Assembly: GCF_018977255.1 (NCBI RefSeq)
Contig: NW_024704743.1
Location: 41,478,001 to 41,542,000, forward strand
Direction: 5' to 3'
Source of the DNA: Callorhinchus milii
Taxonomy: Eukaryota
Length of the DNA stretch: 64,000 bases
Shown: in pieces, positions 52,070-64,000 of the stretch
Layout of the letters: each line of letters starts with the position of its first letter
Position numbering within the stretch: position 1 is the stretch's first letter
The notes under the pieces: generated by a model
What the model was told of the DNA's origin: nothing
What the model saw: the letters and a program-made list of their open reading frames with translations, nothing else
Database searches by the model: none
Made by a program: the position numbers and the translations under genes

Positions 52070-52370
52070 CAGAACACATCTCCATCGCCACATCCATATT
52101 GGTGGGAAGACTTTCAGCTATTCAGCCTCTGCTCTCTGGAACACCATCATGGAGGCCCTCAAACTTGCTCCCATCCATCGTTGAAGGCCCACCTCAATAC
52201 ACACCTCTTTAACCACTCAGTCTGTTTCCCCTTCCCAGCTCCTTTGGCACCCACTTCCAGCTCAGCTACCCAGCCAGCAATGTCAAGCATTTTGCATTTT
52301 GAGACCACCACCACACCCCCTCACTCCGACATGAAAGGTGCTATATCAATATAAATTGCATTGCATCAAC
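52070..52370 (+). mobile_element. Old L2 3' fragment
   Basis: attggtgggaagactttcagc...ctctggaac...ttgaaggcccacctcaatacacacctcttt...tgaaaggtgctatatcaat. Confidence 0.65.
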
Positions 52371-52469
52371 TCTATTCACATGAGTTTCTCCACGCCACAG
52401 AGAGCTGTTACTTTTACAAGCTGCAGACTGTCTAGAACTCACACCTTATGTATTTCCTGCATCAGGCTC

Positions 52470-52990
52470 TGCAAGCACATCGTCTCATCCTCGCCTAGCT
52501 CCATTAGCTCCTCAGCAGATTGAGTTCAAATTCTCATCCTAACCTGTAAATACCTTCATGGTCTTGTCCCACCCTACCTCGGTGACCTTCTGAAACCTTA
52601 CTGCTCCCTCCGCTTAGCAAGTACTGGACTGGTTCATGCCCCACGTCCGACCCCACCATCATCAATCAAGGATTTGTCTATCTACCCCCACTCTCTGGAA
52701 CTCCACCCAAGAGTTTCTTTGACTCACATCCTTCAACAATTGGATTTATATAGCGCCCTCCACGCCGGACGGCGTCTCAGAGCGCTTTACAGTAATGGAT
52801 CCTGGAACTGAGCCAGGGGGAGGGGGAGGAAGAATTTTCAAGCTCCACCTTAAGACCTTACTCTTTGATGTCATCTTACCCCTCAGCTCCCATCCTGAGC
52901 TCAAACTCAAACCCGAGCTTATCCAGTGCAATGGATTTTCCTCTCCACATGAAAAATACTACATCAATGTATGTTGTGCTTCTTGTTGTT
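52470..52990 (+). mobile_element. Old L2 3' fragment with nested antisense tail insertion (52737-52836, TSD ttcaa)
   Basis: Host reads ...cacatccttcaa|gctccaccttaagacc; ttcaa at 52732-52736 and 52837-52841. Confidence 0.75.
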
Positions 52991-54625
52991 TTGCTCCCCC
53001 ACCCCAGAAGCACAGAAATTATTGAATCCCACAGAATAGTTTTTCTTTTAAGTTAATGCTTACTGTTATGTTCTCCAAAAAGACTATTGTCCATCTCCTA
53101 CATTGGAAGAGTTGATTGGTGGAAGATAATAATAATAATAATCCTTGCATTTGATATAACGCTTTATCACATCTTCGATACGTCTCAAAACGCTTCACGA
53201 TATGTTGCCACGTTACCCATTTAAGTGCTTGTTGTCTTCACGCATGTTGGAAATGTTCAAGAAATTGTGTCTTTCAGGCTCTAGTCAGTTGTGGGTATCT
53301 TGGTTCTTAGCTTTGCTTCTCTTTCATTTACTGACATTTCTTGCAGATTTTCACATGAACTTCAATTCCTTCTCAGTTGCATTTTTCAAATCACAAAGTT
53401 GTAATAGAGTCTTTGGCGTTATTTTCTGTTGCCTATTTTAGATACAAAAGTTTGATAAAGTAAAAGCAATTCATTGGGACTCAGGCAAGCAAGTTATCAC
53501 TCATTGCAGACAGGCCATGTTCCATGCTGAATGGAATATATCGACAAAACATGCAATTAGCTCAGTTTCGGCAGGTTTCACAGTACGGACAGCTGAGGAA
53601 GGCAACTTGAATTAAATTAATACTTCAGTTACAAGTACGGCACCACTTACGTTATTGACAGGCAATCTGGTGATGGCGCACTTCCTCTGCTCTTAAATCG
53701 TGTTTCAGGCCTCATGCAATCACATTCTGTTCGCTGGAGTGTCTATTAGCACAGGTGGGAAAGGAAATGGATTTGGATGTGATTAGCTATTCAGTGAAAA
53801 TATCAACTCATTCTTAGCAGGAAGAATCAACAAGTACCATGAGGTACCTCAAGGACATTTGATTGTAAGTTTAACCTTGAATGCAATATTGATGATGTGG
53901 CACATTTGGGTTGTGCGTGATTTCGGTTATCTAGCCTTCAAAATGATACTGTAGAGGCAGAACTGAAAGATGTCTCCGGGACATTTGACTTGTTTTATTG
54001 ACGGAAAACAAATTGAGATTAAGCAACATGATCAAGGATTTTAAAATACCAAGATATGTTAATATTTAACTGTAAGTAAATTATTTAATGTGGGACTGTA
54101 TGAGAGTAGAACTGGAGGAACATAGCGCAAAGTCAACAAGCTTCCGAAGAATTCAGAGGTAAAAATTGTTTCACTTTAGTAGTAGTGGATAATTTTTTTA
54201 GCTTCTGTCTGCCATGTGGGTCAGGTGGATGTAACAAAAACTGCTCTTGCTATTTTAAAGAAACGTGCAATCTTTAACCTGCTTTACATTTTCCTCCTAA
54301 CAGACTGATTTCAAGAGCTTCACTCTCACTCACAAATCACTTCATACCTTAGCATATTTCTACCTCTCCAACCTGCTCACACCCCACTTTCTACCCGCCA
54401 CTTCATTCAGCTGGCTTGGGTTTTTGCACATCCCCTGATCCCTCTGCTCCACCAATGGTGACCATGCCATCAGACACTATATGCCAAACATATGGAATTA
54501 TTTGCCTTGATCCATCCATCTACCTTGCCCCCCACCATACCAATATAAAAATATATAAAACAATTCAGTTTCAGATTTTCTTATTTAGTTTCAACTAAGA
54601 TACTCAAGAAAGCATTTATTTGTTA

Positions 54626-55670
54626 TTACGACACAAAGTTAGGTAGGGTATTAAACAGTGAGAAGGATAGTAGCCAACTGCAGGAAGACATAGACAGAAT
54701 GGTAAATGGGCAGACACATGGCAGATGAATTTCAATGTGGAGAAATGCAAGGTAATGCATTTTAGGAGAAAGAATGAGGGGATGTAAATTAATCCTTGAA
54801 GGTGGCAGGATAGGTAGATAAAGCTGTAAAAAGGGCATATGGGATACTAGGCTTTATAATTAGGGGCATAGAGTTCAAGAGTCAGGAGGTTATGATTAAC
54901 CTATATAAAACACTGGTTAGGCCTCAGTTGGAATACTGCGCCCAGTTCTGGGCACCACACTATAGGAAGGATCTTAAGGCATTGGAAAGGGTGCAGAGGA
55001 GATTTACGAGGATGGTACCAGGAATGAGGGACCTTGTTATGAGGAAAGGCTAGAGAGGCTGGGATTATTCTCTTCGACCGTGCCTTCAGCTCCCCTCTCG
55101 ACTCTCTACCCCCTCCACGCTCCCTCCCTTCCCTCCCCTCACCCTGACCATTTCCCCCCTGCTCGGTTCCCGACCCAACTGTCCAGTGCCTTGGGACATC
55201 TCCTGAAGTGAAAGACTCTATAAATGAAATCTTGTTGTTGTTGTTGTTGTATTCTCATTGGAGCAGAGAAGGTTACGAGGAGACCTAATAGATGTTTTCA
55301 AAATCATTAGGGGTTTGATAGGGTAGAAAGGGGAAAACTGTTTCCACTGGTGGGTGTGTTGGTGACTCAAGGTCACAGATTCAAAATAGTCTCCAAAAGA
55401 AGCAGAGGGGAGGTGAGAAGAAATATATTCATGCAGCGAGTTGTTCGAATCTGGAACGCATTGCCTGAAAGGGTGGTCGAGGCCGATTCGATAACTACTT
55501 TTAAAAATGCGGTGGACGGGTATTTGAAGAAGACGGGTTTGCAGGGTTATGGGGAAAGGGCTGGCGAGCGGGATTGACATTAATTGCTCTATTCAAAGAG
55601 CCGGCACAAACTCGATGGGCCGAATGGCCTCTTTTTGTGCTGTACGATTCTATGATTCTATGATTCTATG
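54626..55670 (+). mobile_element. CR1 LINE 3' ~0.9 kb, interrupted by an L2 tail
   Basis: DTKLG...LQEDIDRM...WQMNFNVEKCKVMHF...LYKTLVRPQLEYCAQFW...QRVVRIWNALP; tail (ATGATTCT)n at ~55646-55670. Confidence 0.95.
55073..55249 (+). mobile_element. L2 3' fragment nested in CR1, 7-bp TSD tattctc
   Basis: tattctc at 55066-55072 and 55250-55256; (TTG)n tail; CR1 frame LGLFSLEQRR is restored when the insert is removed. Confidence 0.92.
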
Positions 55671-56197
55671 AAATTTTGTTAGAAAATTTTCAATAATAAT
55701 GACACATTATTGTAAATAACTAAAATGGTAATAATATAACAATAATTTAAGAAGAGATCGACATTCAACTTTATTAACCACTGAGGGAAAAGGTAAAGGT
55801 CAATCAATTTATTCAAATTTTTCACTTCAGCTTGGCAATTCAAAATGTCACATTTACACTCCAATAATCTTCACAACACAACAAGAATCTGTAGACACAT
55901 ATTTAAATATTTTGGTAAGTGAAATCACGCTTCAGTGCATTGGGAGTTTATTATCATGTCTGTTTAAATGAGAAATGACAAAATGTCTTACGATGCTTGT
56001 CTTTGAAGATTTGAGCTGTCAAAATAAGTGAAAGTAACTTTAAATTGGCCGCAATACTTTAGCTATCTTAAAGTTCTGTTTTGACGGGCCTCAAAACTTA
56101 AGTTTATCTAAGTATTGAAGGTCTCATAGGCCTTTATTTGCAGGAACAGTTGAATATTCCTGTAAACATTATTGAATATTTTGGCAAATATTGCTGC

Positions 56198-56560
56198 ATG
56201 GATTCATGTAGCTCAGTGGTTAGACTATCTTCTCGCAAGCGAGTGACCTGGGTTTGATTCCTGGCAGGGCGAAATGTTGGGCAAGTTTCCTTACTCTACA
56301 CGCATCTGTTTACCTAGCAGTAATTAGCAACCCAGTTGTTAATCAGTTGGCAGATCGCTTTTCCAGGGGTAATAATTACTTTTTAAAAAATGATAATTAA
56401 TAATTAATTTGTGGGATACTACTGTGCGCAATTGGCTGCCGCATTTCGCCCACAAAAAATATGGTCAATTCACTTTACAGTATATTCTGTGAAGCGCTTT
56501 GAGAAATCTCAAAGACGTGATAAAGTGCTGCAACAAATGCAAGGATTATTATTATTATAA
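56198..56560 (+). mobile_element. tRNA-Ala SINE, long form
   Basis: Head, central ctgtttacctagcagtaa module, body, tail, (ATT)n. Confidence 0.9.
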
Positions 56561-58199
56561 TTACCATCTGAGTTCCCTCTTATCGGGTTTTCTTGTATTC
56601 AACTGTATACCTATTTCAATCCACAAGTAAGTTCTTCTTCCATTCACGTGTTGCTATATTGACCTTTGAGTGTACTTTCCGGAGCACAGAGAAAAATCTT
56701 TTGAGAAGGAGCAGGTTAAGGAAATCAAACAGTTTTAAGTAGGTATTTTGAGACAATCTGTTGCCAATGTGAAAACTATAAGTACTTTGATTTTGAAATG
56801 CTGGATACAGCTGCAACAGTGTTAGATTGATTTATATTGTTCTTAACATGATTGAACTTAGCACTATGAGAAATAGCTGTCATTTGAATCAACATAAGGG
56901 ACCCAGTAGAGATCTAGACTGACAGGTAATAGAGATGCATGCGGTCTCGATAAGGTTTGATTCTGAAACTCAATTCTAAATCAACCCGAGATACATTCTT
57001 GGAAACACGATTGGAGCCGCTCTTAACATTTAGGTTGAACATCTGCATTCATAATGCACTTATGGAGCTAGCAGTGACAAATGGCACATCTCTGCACAAA
57101 TTTGACTTTGTCTATCCAGCCTCTAAAATATAGTGATATTACACTACTGGGATTGACATTCCAATTTATACCTACATGCTGAAAAATAAAAGAGAAAATT
57201 ACAAGTGAGGGAATACATAAAATCGTAGCATGGTGAATCACACCAGGGTAATAATTTTACCAGAACGCATTGCACTTAGGGATGAGTACCCATCAAAATC
57301 TGAATCTCAAAGCATCTGGACATACACATCTGTTGTATACAGAGAAAAAATGGCCACTCTCAATTCTCTTCCAGTGCCTACTTTGATGTAATAAGACTAC
57401 AACATTACTAGTGCATTATTTCTCCTTTCTTGGTAAATTAAATAGCTGTTTGTGAGCTTCTTGTGACACCACAAATTTATTTCGTTTTTTTAGGACTGCA
57501 CATAAATTTAACAAAAAAATGAAAGAGCTATCGAGTGCCAGAAAAGTGTGAGGTTGGTTGTGTGCATCAAACCAAGCACTAGATCTCAGAGTAAAATATG
57601 TCACTCATCTTTCTGTTACACTGCAGTGCAGTTCCTTGAATAGAATTTAATTCACATTCTCAAACTCTAATTCATCTATTTTTGTGCTGCTCAGTGGGAA
57701 AATATGCCGATGGCATGAAAATAGGACAGTGTTATCTTATTTTGATTTGAGCGTTATTGTGACAATTATACAAACAATTGTTTTTAGGTGGTAGAGTGGA
57801 TTAGTCTGTAAACATCTTATTACAGAATAGTAAAATTCAGGCTTGACCATTGTTCACAAATGTTATATATAAAAATTGTGTTTTGTGATGTTTATACTAT
57901 ACTAGCACAATCTGTTTCTTGGTGCCATTGCCAGCAGTACATTTGTACTTTGAATGTGAGGGCACATTATGCTTCACAGTTACTACTGATCAAATAAATT
58001 TAATTGTCAATCAGATTCAAATCAGATGAATGATCAAAACTATGATTCATGACCCATAGATAAATTCCTGTGTCAAGGTGCACAGAGCAGAAAGGAAAGA
58101 ATGTTTCCATAAGTGAACTAATTAATGTCCACCACAACTCTTTGACTACACCTAGTCAGCTGCTTATGCCTACAATTTTCATTCACATTGGGCTTGCAT

Positions 58200-58512
58200 A
58201 TAGTATGTAGCTCAGTGGTTAGAGCACTTGCCTTGCAAGCGAGAGACCTGGGTTCGATACCCAGCAGGGCAAAACCTTGGGCAAGTTTGCTGAATCTACA
58301 AGATAATAATCCCTCAAGAAAAAAACCAATAAGAATTTGATCACTCAATCCTTGACTGTTTGTGGGACACTGCTGTGTGCAATTGGCTGCCGTGTTTCAC
58401 CCACAAATATACAGTCAATTCACTTTACAGAATATTCTGTGAAGCACTTTGAGTTGTCAAGTAGATTTGAAAGTGCCATATCAAATGCAAGGATTATTAT
58501 TATTATAATTAT
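58200..58512 (+). mobile_element. tRNA-Ala SINE, short form
   Basis: tgtagctcagtggttagagcacttgccttgcaagcgagagacctgggttcgatacc...(ATT)n. Confidence 0.9.
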
Positions 58513-58778
58513 AACACTGTTTGTCACAGAGGCATTTGATATTTAGATAGGACAGAAATATTCTCAGCAGAAAATTTCAACATTTTACAACAACATTTTA
58601 CTATCTAAGCTACAAAAACTAAGCCATTGGACTCTAATATCAGATTGTCCCCACTATTGTCAAGCAATAGTTATGCTTGATAGTACTTGCCTTTCTCAAA
58701 GATGTTTTTGGGGAATTACTTTGATTTGCAATCCAAAATGTTTCCAATTACACAAATTCAGTTCTCTATCTCTCTCTC

Positions 58779-58782
<4 letters not shown>

Positions 58783-58810
<28 letters not shown>
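58783..58810 (+). repeat. (AT)n microsatellite
   Basis: About 14 AT units. Confidence 0.9.
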
Positions 58811-58816
<6 letters not shown>

Positions 58817-58829
58817 ATGTTTAGTTTAC

Positions 58830-59271
58830 TCTGACAAAGGTGAAGTACTCCAGGGCACTGCTGATAACAGACTAACCAACTCTTGAGCAGGACTTGGAGG
58901 GGCAGACCAATCACTGGTTGCAGGGATTCTTCCCACTCGGCTCCTGTTAACCATAAAAAATAAAGCCTAATAGGTAGGGTGGTCCGAACTGGACATGCAA
59001 CAGGAAGCTTACAAGATAGTGCTCTCAATGATGAAGTCCAGCAATATCCAATGCTGAATCTGAGATCCCCAAACATTGTCTCTCGGAAACCTTCAACTAA
59101 TATTCTCTGAAATGAGTTAAGCAGGGTGTGTCCCTTCAGGGAGACAGTGTGGATTCCATTCCAAACACAGGGAAAGGTCTCTGTGTGGGCGGTATACACT
59201 CTTTCTAGTTTGAATACTCTTAAGTTTGTGATGGGTTTCCACGTGTCAGAAACTTACCTGACCAAAAAAAA
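58830..59271 (+). mobile_element. Unclassified A-tailed interspersed repeat, copy 2
   Basis: Reverse-complement similarity to 21873-22340; A8 at 59264-59271. Confidence 0.7.
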
Positions 59272-59274
59272 TGA

Positions 59275-59640
59275 CAATGATAAAAATTGTTGCATTTAAT
59301 GTAACGCCTTTCACCTCAGGAGAATGTTTCAATGTCTTTTACAGGAATTACTGTAAACTGTAGTGACTGTGCGTTTTGATAGCCAAACCCAGCAGCCAGT
59401 TTGTGGAACATTGCACACAGCAATGTACCACACACAGCCATGAAGTGCAAGACTAGTATTATCTGAGGATTGTTGGCCAGTAAACTAGGAGAAATCTCCC
59501 TTTGCTTGTCAAAATGTGCCAGAAAATCTTTAACGTCCACCTGAACTGGCAGATGTTCTGTTAATGTATCAGCCCATCAATGTAGCTCACCCCAGCACTG
59601 CACTAAAATGTCAGCCTAGACATTCTGACTCAGAGGTGAG
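59275..59640 (-). mobile_element. Deu-domain SINE
   Basis: atctttaacgtccacctgaac...cagcactgcact...tgtcagcctaga...ttctgactcagaggtgag. Confidence 0.8.
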
Positions 59641-60520
59641 ACGAACTGGGCCAGGTTGACACCAATCACCAATATTGTCAAATATGAGGTGATTTCTAAC
59701 AGGTTTCCAAGTAAGGATTCCTTCCAGTAACCAGAAGTCATGCATATCATATTGACCTCCAGCAGAATGGAGCTCCATTCTGAAAATAAATTGTGTCAGA
59801 GTGCAAGTTTTGCTTATGGGCATGAATATTTCCTGGTGAAGGATACCATTAGAAATCATTGCATATTGGATTCCATTAACGTGCACTTTAATGTAAAAGC
59901 CATTAACCACACACATTGTAAAAGTGCATTGAACTTTCTAGCATAAAGAATATAGCCCAGTTTATGTCCTTGTCTTATATTTTAGGTGAAATCACTTAAG
60001 ACTTCCAGTGTTTCTTTCATTATCACTTTTTAACAAATGTTTTGTGAAGTCTTCATTATTCTTGACAGAGGCGTATCCACTGCAGAAATTTCTAAATGGT
60101 ATTGTCAATAATACCCCAGCAACAGTAAAGGAATGACTAAATGACTACAAGTTAAAGTTGAATGAATAATTGGGCAAAATTTGCTGTGTTCCTCTTAAAG
60201 CATTCCTTGTTTAGCCAAGGAACATACTAAGGAATATCTCAATTGTCCCAATATTTATTATAATTCTGTTAATGTTGTCAACAATGACAAACAAGCTTAA
60301 CAATGGGATCTACTGGGTGCTGATCATTAAAATAGTGATATTTTCCTGAATTGTTTAATGGGGAATCAATAAGTCAATGAAGTGAAAAACATTGTACCAT
60401 ATTATCTGTGTTAGACACTAATAATGGAAACAAAACATTTTCAAAGGGTCTTGATTGAAAATAGAGGATGATAATATAATGTTTCACAATAGATTCAATG
60501 TTAATTCAATGTTAGCTACA

Positions 60521-60927
60521 GTGGAGTCCTGTAGTTTAGTGGTTATGCTAAGTGGTTACATTTGAATGGCTACATTCAAGCGCTCTGGGACGCTACCCTG
60601 TGTGAGGGGCGCTATATAAATGCAAGTTGTTGTTCGATTCCAAGCAGGGCAAAACATTTGGCAAGTTTCCTTCCTCCACACACCTTTGTTTACCTAGCAG
60701 TAAGTAAGAACCAGGTTGTTAGTCGATTGGTAAATCGGTTTTCTGGGGATAATTCCTTAAAAGAAAATGTGGTCACTCAATCCATGACTGTTTGTGGGAC
60801 ACTTGGCTGCCGCATTTTGCCCACAAAATACAGTCAATTCACTTTACAGTATATTCTGTGAAGTGCTTTGAGACGTCTCGAAAACGTGATAAAGCGCTAT
60901 ATCAAATGCAAGGATTATTATTATTAA
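60521..60927 (+). mobile_element. tRNA-Ala SINE long form, tRNA head disrupted by an L2-type tail (~60547-60634)
   Basis: gtggagtcctgtagtttagtggtta [insert ending aatgcaagttgtt] gttcgattcc..., central module, tail. Confidence 0.85.
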
Positions 60928-61066
60928 TAAACAGTGAACTTTCAATCAATATTTATCAACTGATGCCTAAAATGAACATTCCAACTTCACCTCTCCCCCA
61001 CCCAATTCACTTAACTTTGACATAATGCTTTGGTCCAGAGCCTCTTTTCATGATCAGCTGGAATCT

Positions 61067-61340
61067 TGGCTGAGTTAGTTGCACTCTCGTCTCTTAATCA
61101 TAAGCCTGTGGATTCAAGCCCCATGTCAGGACTCAGAACTCATAAAGTCTGGGCTTACTATCCAATGTAGCCTGGGAGTGTGGTGCATTGTCAGAGTTTC
61201 CATTTTTTGCATGGGACATTAAACCATAGATGTGTTTAGATAGACGTTAAATATCCCATGGCACTATTAAAAAAGATAGGAGTTTGTCCTGGCCTATGCT
61301 ATATCGCTATATACACTATATCAAATGCAAGCATTATTAT
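61067..61340 (+). mobile_element. Deu-domain SINE, internally deleted
   Basis: gcactctcgtctct...tgtggattcaagcccc...atgggacattaaacc...atcccatggcactatt. Confidence 0.75.
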
Positions 61341-62354
61341 TCATTTCTTCTGAATTCAGGTCTCTTTGTAACTTGCTCATTTGTCAGGGGGAGGGCTGCA
61401 TACAATAGTCAGGAAAACGTTTTCTTGTTTGGTGAGAGAGAAAAAACAAAAGATTTACTGATTATTGTCTGACAGAATTCCCTCAGGCTTTTAAGCTTCT
61501 ATCCAACATTCCATCATTCCACATCATCGTTTGGGTGCTCGCTTGCTTTTATCTATATGTCGTTTTTTTCTTCATTCACTTGCCTGTACAATAGATTTTT
61601 GCTTTGCTAGAGCTTTTACTTTACATTACATTCAGCTCTTTCCTTTTTTCCTTAATTCTCATAGTACTGCTAACTCTGAGGCTAAGCTCTGTTATAGGCA
61701 TGTATTTCCCTTGTTATTTCTAAGTCATTTTTCCTGTTTTTTTTATACTTTCCATGCTACTGCTTTATGTCTTTGAGTACATACTATGGCTATGGCTCCT
61801 GATCTGAATGCAAGAATTTGTTCTTAGTTCATTTTAATTATGACTTTTAACTAGGATTGCTCTGCTATTAATGCCTTTGGACTGATTCTTTCACTCTTTG
61901 CTCTGTGCTAATGACTGTTCACTGGGTTTAAATGTTTAATCTCAGGTGCACAGTCATCCAGAATCTCCCTCTTCCTCTCTTCAATTTGCATCTACCATTT
62001 ATCCTCAGTTTATACCATTTGGAGCAGGAGTATTGTTATAGCGCCAATTTTCTGTTACCGCTTTGTTCACCAACAGGCTGCTTCATTTCTCCATTTATGC
62101 TGTTCTCTGATCTGAGAGTGAGTTCCAGTCTCTCAACCATTTTATATACCACCTGCATCCTTTTGATTGCCAGAAATCACAATCCCCCATTATAAATTCA
62201 ACATAAACAAGAGTGAGCACTGAGCTCTCCTCCTGTGTAGTACAGTACTATTGTCTGACACTTTACAATAAAATAAATCCTTGCATTTGATATAGCGCCT
62301 TATCACCTCATCGAGACGTCTCAAAGCACTAGTGACCACCCGTATATTGTTGAG

Positions 62355-62690
62355 ATGCCTCTAAGCGCTTTACAGGGTATATGTAAAGTATAGTGACTGC
62401 GTATGTTTGGGTGAATCAGTCAGCCACTTTGTGCACAGCAACTTCTCAAAAGCAGCCATGAAGTGAATGTTGAATCTGGGGAATTATTAACCAAGTCACC
62501 AGGAGAAATGCCCTGCTCTTTTCAAATGGTACCATGGGCTTGTTAATGTTCTCCTGAATAATTGGACAGGATCTTGGTTTAATGGCACCTCTGACAATGC
62601 AGACTCCATCAGCTTTGCACTGGATTATTAGAGAGGACTCTGTTGTGGTGCTTGAACATCTAACTTTCTGACTCAGAGGCAAGAGTGCTA
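62355..62690 (-). mobile_element. Deu-domain SINE
   Basis: ccaggagaaatgccctgctcttttcaaatggtaccatggg...ttctgactcagaggcaagagtgcta. Confidence 0.8.
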
Positions 62691-62829
62691 GTCTGGTACT
62701 TTCTCAAGCAAGAAGACCTATTTTCCTTTATCTAAGTCAAACACAAATTTCAGTGTTTCCTAAATGGCTAAGTAGAATCCAAATATTCAACAATAAAAAA
62801 ACCCTACCAATTATAGAATGAATCACATG

Positions 62830-63140
62830 ATTTACAAATAATGTACAGCATGGAAACCAGCCATTCGGCCCAGTTAGTCCATGACGGCGTTTATACTGCA
62901 CATGAGTCTTCACCCATTTCTTACACCCTTCAATACAATTCTGTTCCAATCTCTCCCATGTGAAGGTCCAACTACCTCATGAAAGCATCTTTACTATCTG
63001 GTTCAACCACAGCTTCAGGCTGCAAGTTCATACAATCTCACTACTTTTTGAAATAGTTACTCCCAAATTCTCTTTTAAATTCCCTAGTCACTATCTTATA
63101 TTTGTGTTCCCTGGTTTCAGATAACTCAGCCATTGGAAAC
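62830..63140 (-). mobile_element. Old CR1 3' fragment
   Basis: gtacagcatggaaaccagccattcggccc...caaccacagcttcaggctgcaagttc...cttatatttgtgttccctggtt. Confidence 0.65.
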
Positions 63141-63467
63141 AGTATCGATTGATTGCAATTCATTGTTACTGTGTCTAGAAGTGGCAGGTGACAGATAAAG
63201 CATAGAAATAAAGAAATATATATTTAGAATAATGCATTTGATATAGCATTGTATAATGTCGAAGCAACTCAAAGTGCTTTTAAAAAAAATTGCCAGTGTA
63301 GTGACTGTGTATTTGTATGTGCACACACGCACACAAACTAAAATTGTGGTCAAAAAGATAATAATTATCAGCTGGACTGGGGGGCAGGGTAAGGGGTCAA
63401 CCACCCCCTTTGCAAATTTGGACGTAAAAATTTGATAGGCTTATCATTGTTGACAAAGACATATCAC

Positions 63468-63740
63468 TAGATCACAAGATTGATCTGGAGGTACACAGTC
63501 CTTAGGCCTTCCTTCCAGGTGAACTCATCCTTCCAGAGCAGCCACCCTATTATCTCCTGCCACAGCATCAAGCTGTTTTTAAATGTATCCACTATCCTGG
63601 CCTCTACCACTTTTCCTGATAACCCATTCTAGGCATTAGTTACTCTTTGAGTAAAGAAAAATATCCTAGTGTCTGTCCTGAAATTGCCCTTTGCAACTCT
63701 AAACCTATGCTCTCTTGTTTTCTATTGCGTTTTACATCCT
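63468..63740 (-). mobile_element. CR1 3' fragment (tcttgtga-tail family)
   Basis: agatcacaagat tail; catcaagctgtttttaaatg; aaattgccctttgcaactctaaacctatg matches the reverse complement of 43905-43945. Confidence 0.8.
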
Positions 63741-64000
63741 ATGTATGGCTGTGATTATAGATGCCAACCACGGAGCGTTTGAGCTTCACAGGAGATTGGC
63801 ATAAATTGGTTGACGATGTTATCTGCTCCAGAGATGTAAAATATATGTCAATTATTAGGCATTGATATCTGCTTTCATAAATTTGATAGAAATGACTAAG
63901 TATTCTGTTGCAGATCAAGAAGGATCAATACAATGGAAAAGATGTTATTTTACGTTACATTTTTGCTCACAGCCCTATTTTGAAATGTGTTGCTTCCTGA

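Noticed and set aside
59250-59261. acttacctg resembling the U1 snRNA 5' end or a minus-strand splice donor
   Set aside because: No further U1 similarity, and the motif is not conserved in the other copy of the repeat.

Overview
Non-coding, AT-rich vertebrate genomic DNA (intron or gene desert), most consistent with a cartilaginous fish, probably a holocephalan such as Callorhinchus. That assignment is inferred from the repeat content only: tRNA-Ala-headed SINEs with (ATT)n tails, Deu-domain SacSINE1-like SINEs, L2 and CR1 LINE fragments. I recognise no host protein-coding exon. The only ORFs with recognisable products are decayed L2/CR1 reverse-transcriptase fragments, and there is a 257-nt assembly gap. 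Structure not explained by the common repeats: (1) a ~2-kb palindrome at 32081-34136 with ~700-bp non-TE arms and near-perfect conserved blocks; (2) an ancient ~200-bp unit found three times in direct orientation (~0.9, 12.8, 16.0 kb) and once inverted (15.4 kb, making a second foldback); (3) two 36-38-bp inverted copies of nearby DNA located at 5' truncation junctions of retroelements; (4) an unclassified A-tailed ~450-590-bp repeat in two copies; (5) compensatory covariation in the shared L2/SINE 3' hairpin, plus several nested insertions with TSDs. All alignments were made by eye and boundaries of old repeats are approximate.
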